Notes under the pieces: model-generated
Database searches by the model: none
Told to the model about the DNA's origin: nothing
Seen by the model: only the letters and a program-made list of their open reading frames with translations
Translations under genes and position numbers: made by a program
Origin: an uncultured archaeon
GTDB taxonomy: Archaea > Asgardarchaeota > Lokiarchaeia > Sigyniarchaeales > SOKP01
Assembly (NCBI GenBank): GCA_964388035.1
Contig: CAYLZE010000072.1
Span: forward strand, 1-25,698
Direction: 5' to 3'
Length of the DNA: 25,698 nucleotides
Shown: one piece after another, positions 1 through 9,068 of the stretch
Layout: each line of letters starts with the position of its first letter
Numbering within the stretch: the first letter of the stretch is position 1

Positions 1-1598
1 GGACCATCGGGATTAGGAACTCCAATCACCCCTACTTCCTTTATAGGTTCATATTGATACATTAAATTCTCAACCTCTGCCGGAAAAACACCATGCCCTT
101 TATACTTAATCATGTCACGCTTTCTATCCTTGATATGAAGGTATCCCTCTTTATCTATACAGGAAATATCAGAAGTATAGTACCATATGCGCTCTCGTGC
201 ATCTTTTCGCAAGGCATATTTTGTATCTTCCGGCTTGTTCAAGTAACCTTTCATGACTTGCGGCCCACACACGCATAATTCTCCTATATATTTTTCAGCT
301 TCTTCCTCTCCACATTGATCGCAAGATTCTCTAGGGCAAATTCCCTTGATGATTTTCCCCTCGTCCGCATCCATGATTTTAATTAAAGTATCGGGCATGG
401 GAATACCCGTAGAATTAATTTTATATCGATGGAAAGGACCTCCTGTAACAATCGGCGCGGTTTCGCTTGCTCCGTATCCTTCAATAATAGAAGCGCCCGT
501 AAGGTCCTCAAAAATTCGTTTTACTTCTTCCGGTAAAGCAGAGCCCCCACTTAAACACGCGATTAAGGAAGTTAATTTTCCTTTATATTTAATGGAATCG
601 GGATCTTGATTGATTTGATTATAAAGAGTGGGTACTGCGGGAATATAAATTGCGTTCTCCTTCATGAGATATTTTAAAACATCCGATCTTTTTTCGGGAG
701 GAGAGGGAAATAGAATAAGCTTATAAGCATTTGCGATTCCTAAATTCATGCCTGTAGAGATGCCAAAGACGTGTCCAAAAGGGATCAAACACCCAACTCC
801 CCCTTTCCCCCTATATTTGATAGTTTCTGGTAATTGCCCTTCAATCCAAGCAATACCTTGTTCAGCATTCACGGAAAGGTTATAATGCGTGAGTTCTACA
901 CCCTTAGGTACGCCCGTAGTACCCCCCGTATAGATAAGAGTGGCAGTATCGATTTTGGGATTTATTTCCACTTCGGGTAACTTAATGGGAGTTCCATTTT
1001 GGAGTATTTCTTGATATTTATAAAAGGTAATTTCCCCAACTTTGGTTGGCCACTCATTCTTTTTCATGTGAGGGACTTTTCCAAGTGCTGTTCCTAGCAC
1101 CGCTTTAACTTTAGGAAGATATTCAGCCAATCCTGTTAAGATAATGCCTTGTAAAGATTTCATTCGGGAGAGTTCTTTCCCTTTTAGGTATCCTTCATAA
1201 AGGGCATCCAACATGATCAAGACTTTACTATTGGAGTCATTTACTTGATACGCAATTTCAACAAATTTGTGTAAGGGAATAATGGGATTCACAATTCCCC
1301 CTAATCGTACAGTAGCATAATAGGCAATTACAAATTGTGGCGAATTTGGTAAATCTATGGCAATGACATCTCCCTTCTTTATTCCCATCATAGAAAGCCC
1401 CGTTGCAAATTGATCGACAAGATTATTTAACTCTTTATAGGTACAGCGCCATCCTTCAAAAAATAGCGCTTGGGATTCAGGATAACTTTCTGCTGATCTT
1501 TTTAATAAATCCCCGAGGGGAATTTCTTGATAATCAATATGTTGTGGTACGCCTTCTGGCCAAAAATCAAGCCATGGTTTTAGAATTTCTTCACTCAT
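1..1598 (-). CDS. fadD: Long-chain fatty-acid--CoA ligase (AMP-binding family), 3' end runs off the window
   Basis: Not in the ORF track; translated by hand in sampled segments. Starts MSEEILKPWLDFWPEGVPQHIDY, contains the AMP-binding P-loop TLIYTGGTTGVPKG and IEGYGASE, and reads EVGVIGVPNPDG at the window edge in the same frame. An alternative ATG lies at 1604. Confidence 0.93.
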   Translation of the reverse strand, partial: MSEEILKPWLDFWPEGVPQHIDYQEIPLGDLLKRSAESYPESQALFFEGWRCTYKELNNLVDQFATGLSMMGIKKGDVIAIDLPNSPQFVIAYYATVRLGGIVNPIIPLHKFVEIAYQVNDSNSKVLIMLDALYEGYLKGKELSRMKSLQGIILTGLAEYLPKVKAVLGTALGKVPHMKKNEWPTKVGEITFYKYQEILQNGTPIKLPEVEINPKIDTATLIYTGGTTGVPKGVELTHYNLSVNAEQGIAWIEGQLPETIKYRGKGGVGCLIPFGHVFGISTGMNLGIANAYKLILFPSPPEKRSDVLKYLMKENAIYIPAVPTLYNQINQDPDSIKYKGKLTSLIACLSGGSALPEEVKRIFEDLTGASIIEGYGASETAPIVTGGPFHRYKINSTGIPMPDTLIKIMDADEGKIIKGICPRESCDQCGEEEAEKYIGELCVCGPQVMKGYLNKPEDTKYALRKDARERIWYYTSDISCIDKEGYLHIKDRKRDMIKYKGHGVFPAEVENLMYQYEPIKEVGVIGVPNPDG

Positions 1599-1745
1599 GA
1601 TCATTCCACTTAAGAAATTTTTTACAATTTTTATGAATAATTATTAATTTGATTTCTATTTATTAATTTAGCATTTTCATTTAAATAATTTTATCCGATT
1701 TAAAGAGATTTTCAAAAAATATTAAAATTTTAAGGAGAAATTATT

Positions 1746-1877
1746 ATGAATATGGTACTTGATAGACGGAATTCAAAATTAACGATTGCAAGCTATAGTA
1801 TCGGCATTTTTGCATTGGAGTTCATGAATTTCTCTATAAATACATTATATGCTTGCGCTATAAAGGCAATTTGCTGA
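1746..1877 (+). pseudogene. 5' stub (43 aa) of an MFS/GPH transporter paralog
   Basis: AAGGAG RBS, then MNMVLDRRNSKLTIASYSIGIFALEFMNFSINTLYACAIKAIC*. This aligns by eye with the N-termini of the two full transporters (HGKLNMASYGCGSFSREFVQMAFNVL; HSMGNMASYGFGSMSREFLGMAFNTF). Confidence 0.65.
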
Positions 1878-2033
1878 AAATAGTAGAAAAGAGAGAAATT
1901 CTAGATTAATTGACTTTTTTAAAGTAAATTGTTATAATGTGTAGTTTTTGCATGTAATTTAATAAATGAGAAAAAGTCGAGTAAAATTTGAAAAAAAGAG
2001 AATTGGGAAAATAGATTATCATTTATTAAAATA

Positions 2034-3437
2034 TTAATTCATGCTTTCACACTTTATGCGGAGGATGGTGTCCGCTAAATCGAGATCTTCTTTCTTGAGT
2101 TGTAAGATTATCTCATTATCTTTATCTTGGAATTTCAGTTCCTTTTCATGTGGTTCAAGGATGACTTTATTTATATTTTCCCAGTGGTCTTTAAAGAAAG
2201 TTATCATCAAGTCTTTCATTAATCCCCCAAAACTGATTATATGAATGAGGAAATCGTCTTTAAATTTAGAACCAATGGTTCCAAATTGCGTTTCTTTTAG
2301 CGAGACACCCGGAACGGAATCTCCTTTATATTTCATGGGAGTTGCTTCTCTGAACAACTCACGCCTTTCCTTATACCACGTTGCAAACATTTCTACATTC
2401 CTTGCAAGTTCGGGAAATAGTTCTCCGTTCATTTGGGAGGGTAATCCAAAACAACACTTTCCTCCGCTTGCCATTATTATTGATGCGATGCGGAAGATTT
2501 CATGGGGATCTGGGCGAGCAATTGGAATGTCCCAGGCATGTGCCACAGGACCACATAATTCCCAAGGTTTTCTTTTATTTCTATACCGTTGACAATTTAT
2601 CCATGCAAATTCAACGTAATGTGCTTCACCCGATAAAAAATGTGCATATTTAGGGCGTTTGTCGATACTCACGTTAAAAGCTAAAGTCGTATTGGGAAAA
2701 TTTTTTTCCATGAACTCTTGGATTAAGGTCGTGGATCGGTCATTCCAATACCAGTCCATCCACATTCCATCAGGCTCGTACTTTTCAATTAACTCCCTAA
2801 TTTGATTGGTCAAGTACTCTTCATATTTCTCGGGATTATAAATAAAATCGTGATATTCAACTTCTTGATAAAATTCTTCTTTATAAGGGGGTACTTTTCT
2901 TTCTGCAAATTCTTTTTGATTTGCTTCCCACACTAGTTTTAAATAATTCTTAGAGAATTCCGCTATTGCCTTTTTATCATCATGGTGCATTGCAATATAA
3001 GAGGGGGTTATTTCTCTTACGGGTTGAATGTCGTCAAATTGAGGATTATGATCGAATATACTGCAATAATAAAAGAGAAAGGGGATCTTAGCTTTTCTAC
3101 TTTCTTCCGCATAAATCTTGCAATAATCCGTGGGGGTTTTCCAATTGGTAAATTGCGTATCCCAATAGCAGATACCATCACACCATTTGGTTTCAAATGC
3201 GTGGTATTCTGCACCTACTCTTTTTGAGAATTGAACCCATTTTTCCATTTTGCAGAAGGGTCCATCAAACTTTAAATTTCCTTTCTCGTCCATCATGGAG
3301 GAATTAAATTTAACATAATTTCTATTCCAGAGCCATCCGGGGCGGACTTCAATTTGATACTGAATGGAGAAGCCGGGCTTTTGCCACCAATCATCATTTT
3401 GATCTTTATTATTTTGAGAATTCATGGGGTTTCTCAT
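2034..3437 (-). CDS. GH29 alpha-L-fucosidase-like glycoside hydrolase, divergent, no obvious signal peptide
   Basis: GH29 motif spacing: WW near the N-terminus, KWVQFSKRVGAEY, TKWCDGICYWDT (cf. TKHHDGF.LW), QIRELIEKYEPDGMWMD (nucleophile Asp), KPWELC and ASGGKCCFGLP. Confidence 0.78.
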   Translation of the reverse strand: MRNPMNSQNNKDQNDDWWQKPGFSIQYQIEVRPGWLWNRNYVKFNSSMMDEKGNLKFDGPFCKMEKWVQFSKRVGAEYHAFETKWCDGICYWDTQFTNWKTPTDYCKIYAEESRKAKIPFLFYYCSIFDHNPQFDDIQPVREITPSYIAMHHDDKKAIAEFSKNYLKLVWEANQKEFAERKVPPYKEEFYQEVEYHDFIYNPEKYEEYLTNQIRELIEKYEPDGMWMDWYWNDRSTTLIQEFMEKNFPNTTLAFNVSIDKRPKYAHFLSGEAHYVEFAWINCQRYRNKRKPWELCGPVAHAWDIPIARPDPHEIFRIASIIMASGGKCCFGLPSQMNGELFPELARNVEMFATWYKERRELFREATPMKYKGDSVPGVSLKETQFGTIGSKFKDDFLIHIISFGGLMKDLMITFFKDHWENINKVILEPHEKELKFQDKDNEIILQLKKEDLDLADTILRIKCESMN

Positions 3438-3719
3438 TTAAATTAATTCTTTTTTTTAATGAAGGAGTTTATAGCTTAATAAAATAACTCTTCCTAGGAT
3501 CTTATTTATGATATGATGGAATCCAAGAAAAAGATCACGCAAGAGCTATTAAGTAAATTAAATTTCTAATCTATTACCAAATTATGTATTTTCTATCCTT
3601 TTTGAGTAAGGATATAATCAAATAGTAAAATAAATTAAAATTTAAATAATTAAATTATTATTACTACCTTAGTGTTGATGGAGAATTTACGAGAATTTTA
3701 ACTACTTTTTAAAATTTCC

Positions 3720-4196
3720 ATGAAAGATAAAAATGAAATTCAAAGGGATTATGGAATCTTGGGGTTAACGGAAGATGCTTCCGACAATGAAATTAAATTA
3801 GCATATCGAAAATTAGCCAAAAAGTATCATCCCGATTTGAATAAACAAGATCCCGAAGCGATTAGAAAATTTGTGGCGCTCCAAGATGCTTATGATTCAA
3901 TCATTACTTACAAGGAAAATCTAAGGAGTGGAATTGAGCCCACTGAATTCAAGAACAGTACATATGAGGACTTTATTATGAGAGACTTTATCAAAATAAA
4001 TGCTTTTTTTGATTCCCTTTTTTCAAAGTATGAAAGTAGTTTTTTCAACCAATACAGAAGCATGAATATCTCCCCATTCGTTGATATCAGGGAAGAAATA
4101 TATAGAAAGCGACTTGAAAAACTATTTTCCTCCGTACAAAAACTCGAAGGGGATTTTAGAAAAATCATCAAAAGATTCCTAAATGATTTCTGGTAA
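3720..4196 (+). CDS. Small class III J-domain (DnaJ-domain) protein
   Basis: DYGILGL...EIKLAYRKLAKKYHPDLN...LQDAYD with an intact HPD motif; no G/F region or zinc finger. Confidence 0.92.
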   Translation: MKDKNEIQRDYGILGLTEDASDNEIKLAYRKLAKKYHPDLNKQDPEAIRKFVALQDAYDSIITYKENLRSGIEPTEFKNSTYEDFIMRDFIKINAFFDSLFSKYESSFFNQYRSMNISPFVDIREEIYRKRLEKLFSSVQKLEGDFRKIIKRFLNDFW

Positions 4197-4219
4197 TATA
4201 GCTTAGTGATTCGTCTCTT

Positions 4220-6310
4220 TTATGAGAATGGCTGATTTAAAGATAAATTCATGATGTTCTTTCTAATCTCTGTTTTTGTCTCTATTATTTTCTTGATATG
4301 TTGCGAAGTTTCCCTTCTTTTTTCTTTATCTGCAGGCATGGGAAGGATGACCTCCATTATTCGATTCCCTATGGAGGCAATAGTACCTTGAATAAACGTT
4401 ATTGCCTGAATCTGCTTTTGTACTACATCCAGATTCAATAGATATAAAATGAGATAGGGATCGATGGACAACGAATTTTTTAATACTTTAAGTTGAAAAA
4501 TATGACTTTGAATGATAATTTTCGTATCTAACTCCGTGATAAAAGCAGAACTTCCGATTAAGTTGGCACCCCCATCTTTCACCAATAATATATCTCCCAC
4601 TTCTACATTTTGCTTCTCTTTATATAACTCGTAGACTTCTTCAGAAGTCTTTTTATTTGAATTTAAATTTATTTCCCAATTAAAAAAATCACTTGTTCTA
4701 ATGAAGGGAACTTCTCCTAAGCCATAAACTTTGGAACCTATCTCGTCTCCTCGAGGCAAATGTCCATTATTTTTTGTATATAAGATTTTGTTTTCTATTA
4801 ACTCCTTGATGGACATTAATTGATAATCAGTATTATTTGCTAACTCTAATAGAGTTTTTTCAACGGAGAGATAATAACCTGGAATAAAAATGTCATTTTT
4901 TACTTGACTTAATTTCATTTTAAATACTTTCTGAGATTCATGGATATCGAAGGGTTCCGCGCAGTTTATTCTGAGATGCAAGTCGATTAATTCATCATTA
5001 ATAATAGAATTTCCATCAGAATCTAACTTCACCGTTCCGTCTTTATTTAATTGATACAAGATCTTACCATCTTTATCATGTCCGACAGTATCTACAATTG
5101 CAAAGTCAATCTCATAATCTCTTGGAGGATTCTTTAATTTTTGAAAAAATAAGATACTTGCTTTATTACAAGTATAGGGTTGAAATGTATTCTGATCAAG
5201 GCTTATAATCCCTAATATTTTACCACTTTGTTTCAAATACTGCCAAATATATCGATCCGTCAAATTTCCAAACAAGCCTTCGGGTAAAATTATCCCGAGT
5301 TTGCCCCCATTATTTAATAATTGAATAGACCGTTCAATAAATAAAGTTTGAGGAGGTTGCTTCTTGGTTAATTTATCTTGCATCACCCACTCATTATCTT
5401 TAATTGTCCAAGAATGGGCAAGCTTGAAATTGTTTAAAATTTTCTCATCATCAATTGGAATTTTTACTCCAAAAGGAGGATTGGTTAAAATAAAGTCAAA
5501 CTCATCATCCTTGATATATTTTTTAGTTTCTTGATAATAGCGTGCGGGATCCAAGGAATCTTCGCAAAATATTTTGGATTGACCTCCACTTAAAATTTCT
5601 AAATATAACTTGCATATTCTGGAAAGAAATAAATCTTTATCGATACCGTGGAGATTAGAAATCACTTTTTCTTTTACTTGGTCATTGTTCTCTCCCACTT
5701 TTTCAGCAAATTTTACATTCTTCCAAATGTAATCCTTGAGTTCAAGCAAGAAGCCACCGTGTCCACAGGCGGGGTCCAATATTTTTGAATTTATATCCGG
5801 CTTTAAATATTGGATCATGAATTTAATAATATTTATCGGCGTAAAGAATTGCCCACCCTCATCCTTTAACAATTTGCTAACGAAAATTTCAAAAGCATCT
5901 CTTAAGATATCCTTAGAGGATTCGATTAAAGAAAAGGGCTGCAACTCTTCAATCACCAGATAAATTAAATCATCATTAAGAGTTATTTGCTCATTCTTAT
6001 TTATCAAGTTGGAGTATCTCGCTTTTACTTTATCATTAAAAAAAGCATGAATTCTGCGAGCAACGGATTCCTTGCTCTCTCCTTTTTGGATGCAAAATTC
6101 AACGGGTTCATTGGGTTTTTTAGAAATCTCATCTACTAATTTACACAACAATAAATTAATGATTTCTTTTGAGCGGGCTCTGGTATCGGTATCCGTGTAC
6201 TTCAATTTACCGTATAGGTGCTGATTGATTAAATTGAAAATCTCTTTCAAGTTCGGAGTTCTTATTAAGTCTTTTTTAAGCAAGAGAGCTTGAGAGCTTA
6301 TATTATTCAA
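4220..6310 (-). CDS. N6-adenine DNA methyltransferase fused to a C-terminal type I S-like target recognition domain
   Basis: GQFFTP, motif I ILDPACGHGGFL and motif IV NPPFG. The C-terminal region is TRD-like (VPFIRTSD, GDILLVKDG, DPYLILYLLN, VILPMP). TTG start with GGAG upstream. Confidence 0.9.
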   Translation of the reverse strand: MNNISSQALLLKKDLIRTPNLKEIFNLINQHLYGKLKYTDTDTRARSKEIINLLLCKLVDEISKKPNEPVEFCIQKGESKESVARRIHAFFNDKVKARYSNLINKNEQITLNDDLIYLVIEELQPFSLIESSKDILRDAFEIFVSKLLKDEGGQFFTPINIIKFMIQYLKPDINSKILDPACGHGGFLLELKDYIWKNVKFAEKVGENNDQVKEKVISNLHGIDKDLFLSRICKLYLEILSGGQSKIFCEDSLDPARYYQETKKYIKDDEFDFILTNPPFGVKIPIDDEKILNNFKLAHSWTIKDNEWVMQDKLTKKQPPQTLFIERSIQLLNNGGKLGIILPEGLFGNLTDRYIWQYLKQSGKILGIISLDQNTFQPYTCNKASILFFQKLKNPPRDYEIDFAIVDTVGHDKDGKILYQLNKDGTVKLDSDGNSIINDELIDLHLRINCAEPFDIHESQKVFKMKLSQVKNDIFIPGYYLSVEKTLLELANNTDYQLMSIKELIENKILYTKNNGHLPRGDEIGSKVYGLGEVPFIRTSDFFNWEINLNSNKKTSEEVYELYKEKQNVEVGDILLVKDGGANLIGSSAFITELDTKIIIQSHIFQLKVLKNSLSIDPYLILYLLNLDVVQKQIQAITFIQGTIASIGNRIMEVILPMPADKEKRRETSQHIKKIIETKTEIRKNIMNLSLNQPFS

Positions 6311-6517
6311 TGTTCAGATACCGCTCCGATAATATCATGTTTTTTTTTCTATTCCTCTTGTGAGGTTACTTAATAATTTTTCGTAGAATTTCATTATAAA
6401 AGAATACTTTTTTCTTTTAAAAATAGATCATTAATAATATACCTTCATTAATATTCATGTAATTTTTAATAAAATATACTAATATTTTAAACGAATATTA
6501 AGAGTTGTATATAATTA

Positions 6518-7153
6518 ATGAACGAGGAAACCAAAAAATCACCTTGGATAAAAGTATTTTGCATTATTGGGGTAATCGGAGCATTACAATTCATCATCAT
6601 CACGCTCATAGCGATGTTGACATATCCCGATGGATATAACTTTTTCGGGCATTATTTTAGCGATTTAGGTACCACCGTAACGCGAAATGGAGTACCGAAT
6701 CCCATTTCAAGAGCTCTTTTTGTCATCGCGAGCGTCGTTGCGGGAGGGGCTTTAATCCTCTTTTGGATCGTTATTCCTACCATCTTCAAGGATAGATTAA
6801 TTACCAAACTGTTGAGTTGGATAGGCTCAGCCATGGGAATCATTTCTGCACCCCTTCTCATGTTATTGGCCATCTTTGCGGGAAATGTTTTTCCTAATGA
6901 ACACATGTATACTACCTTGTATTTCTTCTTGCTCTTTGCTCTGGCCATCATAGTATACTCCATAGCTATCATATTAAATAAGAATTATCCAAGTATCTAT
7001 TCAATCATAAGCATCGGATTTTCCGTTGTCATCATCTTATTTATATTTGGATTTTTCATGGTCATTAATGTCCTCATGCAAAAAATTGTCGTCTACGGAT
7101 TTTGTTTGTGGACCACCTTGCAAACTTACAAGGTATGGAAAACACTCAACTAA
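6518..7153 (+). CDS. DUF998-like integral membrane protein
   Basis: About 6 hydrophobic helices; YPDGYNFFGHYFSDLG motif and a His before TM4 (NEHM). Confidence 0.7.
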   Translation: MNEETKKSPWIKVFCIIGVIGALQFIIITLIAMLTYPDGYNFFGHYFSDLGTTVTRNGVPNPISRALFVIASVVAGGALILFWIVIPTIFKDRLITKLLSWIGSAMGIISAPLLMLLAIFAGNVFPNEHMYTTLYFFLLFALAIIVYSIAIILNKNYPSIYSIISIGFSVVIILFIFGFFMVINVLMQKIVVYGFCLWTTLQTYKVWKTLN

Positions 7154-7423
7154 TTCATTCCTTTTTTTTATCATTAAATCTTGAAATTCAGAAGAATCTA
7201 ATAAAATAATATCAGATAACTTCTTTCTCCTCCTCCCATTATCAAAAGTAATTGTATTCATCCCATATAAATTGGATTTTAGGTCGACTTTTAAGTGATC
7301 ATAAAAAGTAAAAATTAGTATCTTTTTTTTAGAGTTAAAAGTATAAAAGGAATCACAGCTAATATTTAAAAATAAAATATATTAAAAATCATTATAATCC
7401 AAAAATGTTTTAGGTGAATAAAT

Positions 7424-8818
7424 TTGTCAAATGAAGAACCTATTATCCATCACGGAAAATTGAACATGGCATCTTATGGCTGCGGCAGTTTCAGCAGAGA
7501 ATTCGTCCAAATGGCGTTCAACGTGCTGGTTTTTTTTTATTATGAGGTAGAAATTGGCCTGAATGTCTGGTTGATTGGCGCAGCGCTTGTTATTTTCGCC
7601 GGCTATAATGCTATCAACGATCCCATACTCGGATACCTGACCAATCGTCCCTTTCGTTTTACTAGAAAATGGGGAAGGCGATTTCCTTGGCTTTTAATAG
7701 GAGGCTTACCTTTAGGAGTTTCCTATTTTCTCATTTTTACGCCTCCCTCCGTGGATCCCAACTCAGGAGCACTCATTATATTTGCTTGGCTACTCTTTAG
7801 TACATGCCTCTTTGACACCTTTCATAGTTTATACTTCGTAAATTTCCAATCCTTATTTCCCGATAAGTTTCGCTCGATTAACGAGCGTAGAACGGCCACG
7901 GGATACCAAATCGTTATAGGGGCGTTAGGCGTGTCATTAGGAGCGATGCTCCCGCCATTGTTCATTACTTACGGTGATTTGGAAAGTTATGTCATTCAAG
8001 GATTGATTGTCATTGGCATTACGGTAGTATCCATGCTTTTGGCCATCCCTGGATTCAGGGAAGATGAAGCAACCCTTAAATCTTATCTTGAAGCCGAAGA
8101 AAAAAAACCCGAACGAAGTTCATTCCTAAAAGCCATGAAAATCGTCTTTAATCAACGATCCTTTGTAGCTTACGTTTTTTTGTACACAATGTATTGGGTG
8201 ACCATCAATTCCATGGAAGCCTCTATTCCTTATGTGGTAAAATTCGTACTTGGCATGCCTTCGAGTTCCACTACTCTATTAATGGCGGGGTTCTTGGGAG
8301 GAGCTATTTTCAGCATTCCGGTTTGGGTCATGTTGGCTAAAAAAATAGATAATAACGGAAGAGTAATGCTAATCGGCTCGATATTTATGGGAATTTGCCT
8401 CATCCCCATGATATTTGAAGAAAATTATATTTTCATCATTATCAATGTTATTATTTGGGGAATAGGACAAGGAGCGTATTGGGCAATGATATTCCCAGTG
8501 TTCTCCGATGTGATTGATGAATCCGTGTTGAAATTTGAGAAGCGGGAGGAGGGTACCCTGATCGGAATTCAACAATTTTTCGGACGTTTAGGATACATCC
8601 TGCAGGTCATGAGTTTCGCCATAATTCACGAATTGACCGGTTTTAATCAAAACTCCGATATTCAAACACCCTTAGCTATCATGGGAATCCATTTACATCT
8701 GGCTTTAGTCCCGGCAATTGCAATTCTTATCGGAGGACTCGTATTTTGGCGTTTCTACGATATTACCCCCAGTAAAGTGGCAGAGCATCAATTAAAAATA
8801 AGAGAATTAAAGTTATAA
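7424..8818 (+). CDS. MFS transporter, glycoside-pentoside-hexuronide (MelB/GPH) family
   Basis: About 12 TM helices; NAINDPILGYLTNR...KWGRRFPW, ERRTATG and DVIDE...REEG. TTG start after a GGTGA RBS. Confidence 0.93.
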   Translation: MSNEEPIIHHGKLNMASYGCGSFSREFVQMAFNVLVFFYYEVEIGLNVWLIGAALVIFAGYNAINDPILGYLTNRPFRFTRKWGRRFPWLLIGGLPLGVSYFLIFTPPSVDPNSGALIIFAWLLFSTCLFDTFHSLYFVNFQSLFPDKFRSINERRTATGYQIVIGALGVSLGAMLPPLFITYGDLESYVIQGLIVIGITVVSMLLAIPGFREDEATLKSYLEAEEKKPERSSFLKAMKIVFNQRSFVAYVFLYTMYWVTINSMEASIPYVVKFVLGMPSSSTTLLMAGFLGGAIFSIPVWVMLAKKIDNNGRVMLIGSIFMGICLIPMIFEENYIFIIINVIIWGIGQGAYWAMIFPVFSDVIDESVLKFEKREEGTLIGIQQFFGRLGYILQVMSFAIIHELTGFNQNSDIQTPLAIMGIHLHLALVPAIAILIGGLVFWRFYDITPSKVAEHQLKIRELKL

Positions 8819-8828
8819 TAGTAGTAGT

Positions 8829-8846
8829 GTTTTTTTTTTCTTTTCT
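8829..8846 (+). terminator. Oligo-T archaeal terminator after the first MFS gene
   Basis: Long T run directly after the stop codon. Confidence 0.5.
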
Positions 8847-9068
8847 AATTATTTCCTCTGAGTTATTTTAATTTTTTTTAAAAAATTTTGACAAATAACG
8901 TGACTATTTCTTTAGAATTCTAATAAAATGATTGCTCCAATAAAATAAGGAGTCAAATCTTACATTTTTGAGTTATTCAAAATGAATTATGTATAAATAC
9001 TATTCCATTCCTATCTACTATTTATACCATTTAATTTTTCACCATAAAAATAATTAGGTAGGATAAAA

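Noticed and set aside
93-1600. Short plus-strand ORFs 93..278, 346..609 and 1403..1600
   Set aside because: They are antisense shadows of the acyl-CoA ligase on the minus strand.
3498-3569. Short open stretch DLIYDMMESKKKITQELLSKLNF in the GH29/DnaJ gap
   Set aside because: Too short and with no recognisable motif; cannot be distinguished from chance.
4220-6310. Complete restriction-modification system or defence island
   Set aside because: No endonuclease, helicase, integrase or other defence gene is visible in the window.
7037-7261. 74-aa minus-strand ORF as an intact gene
   Set aside because: It overlaps the 3' end of the DUF998-like gene; at best part of it is a remnant, listed separately.
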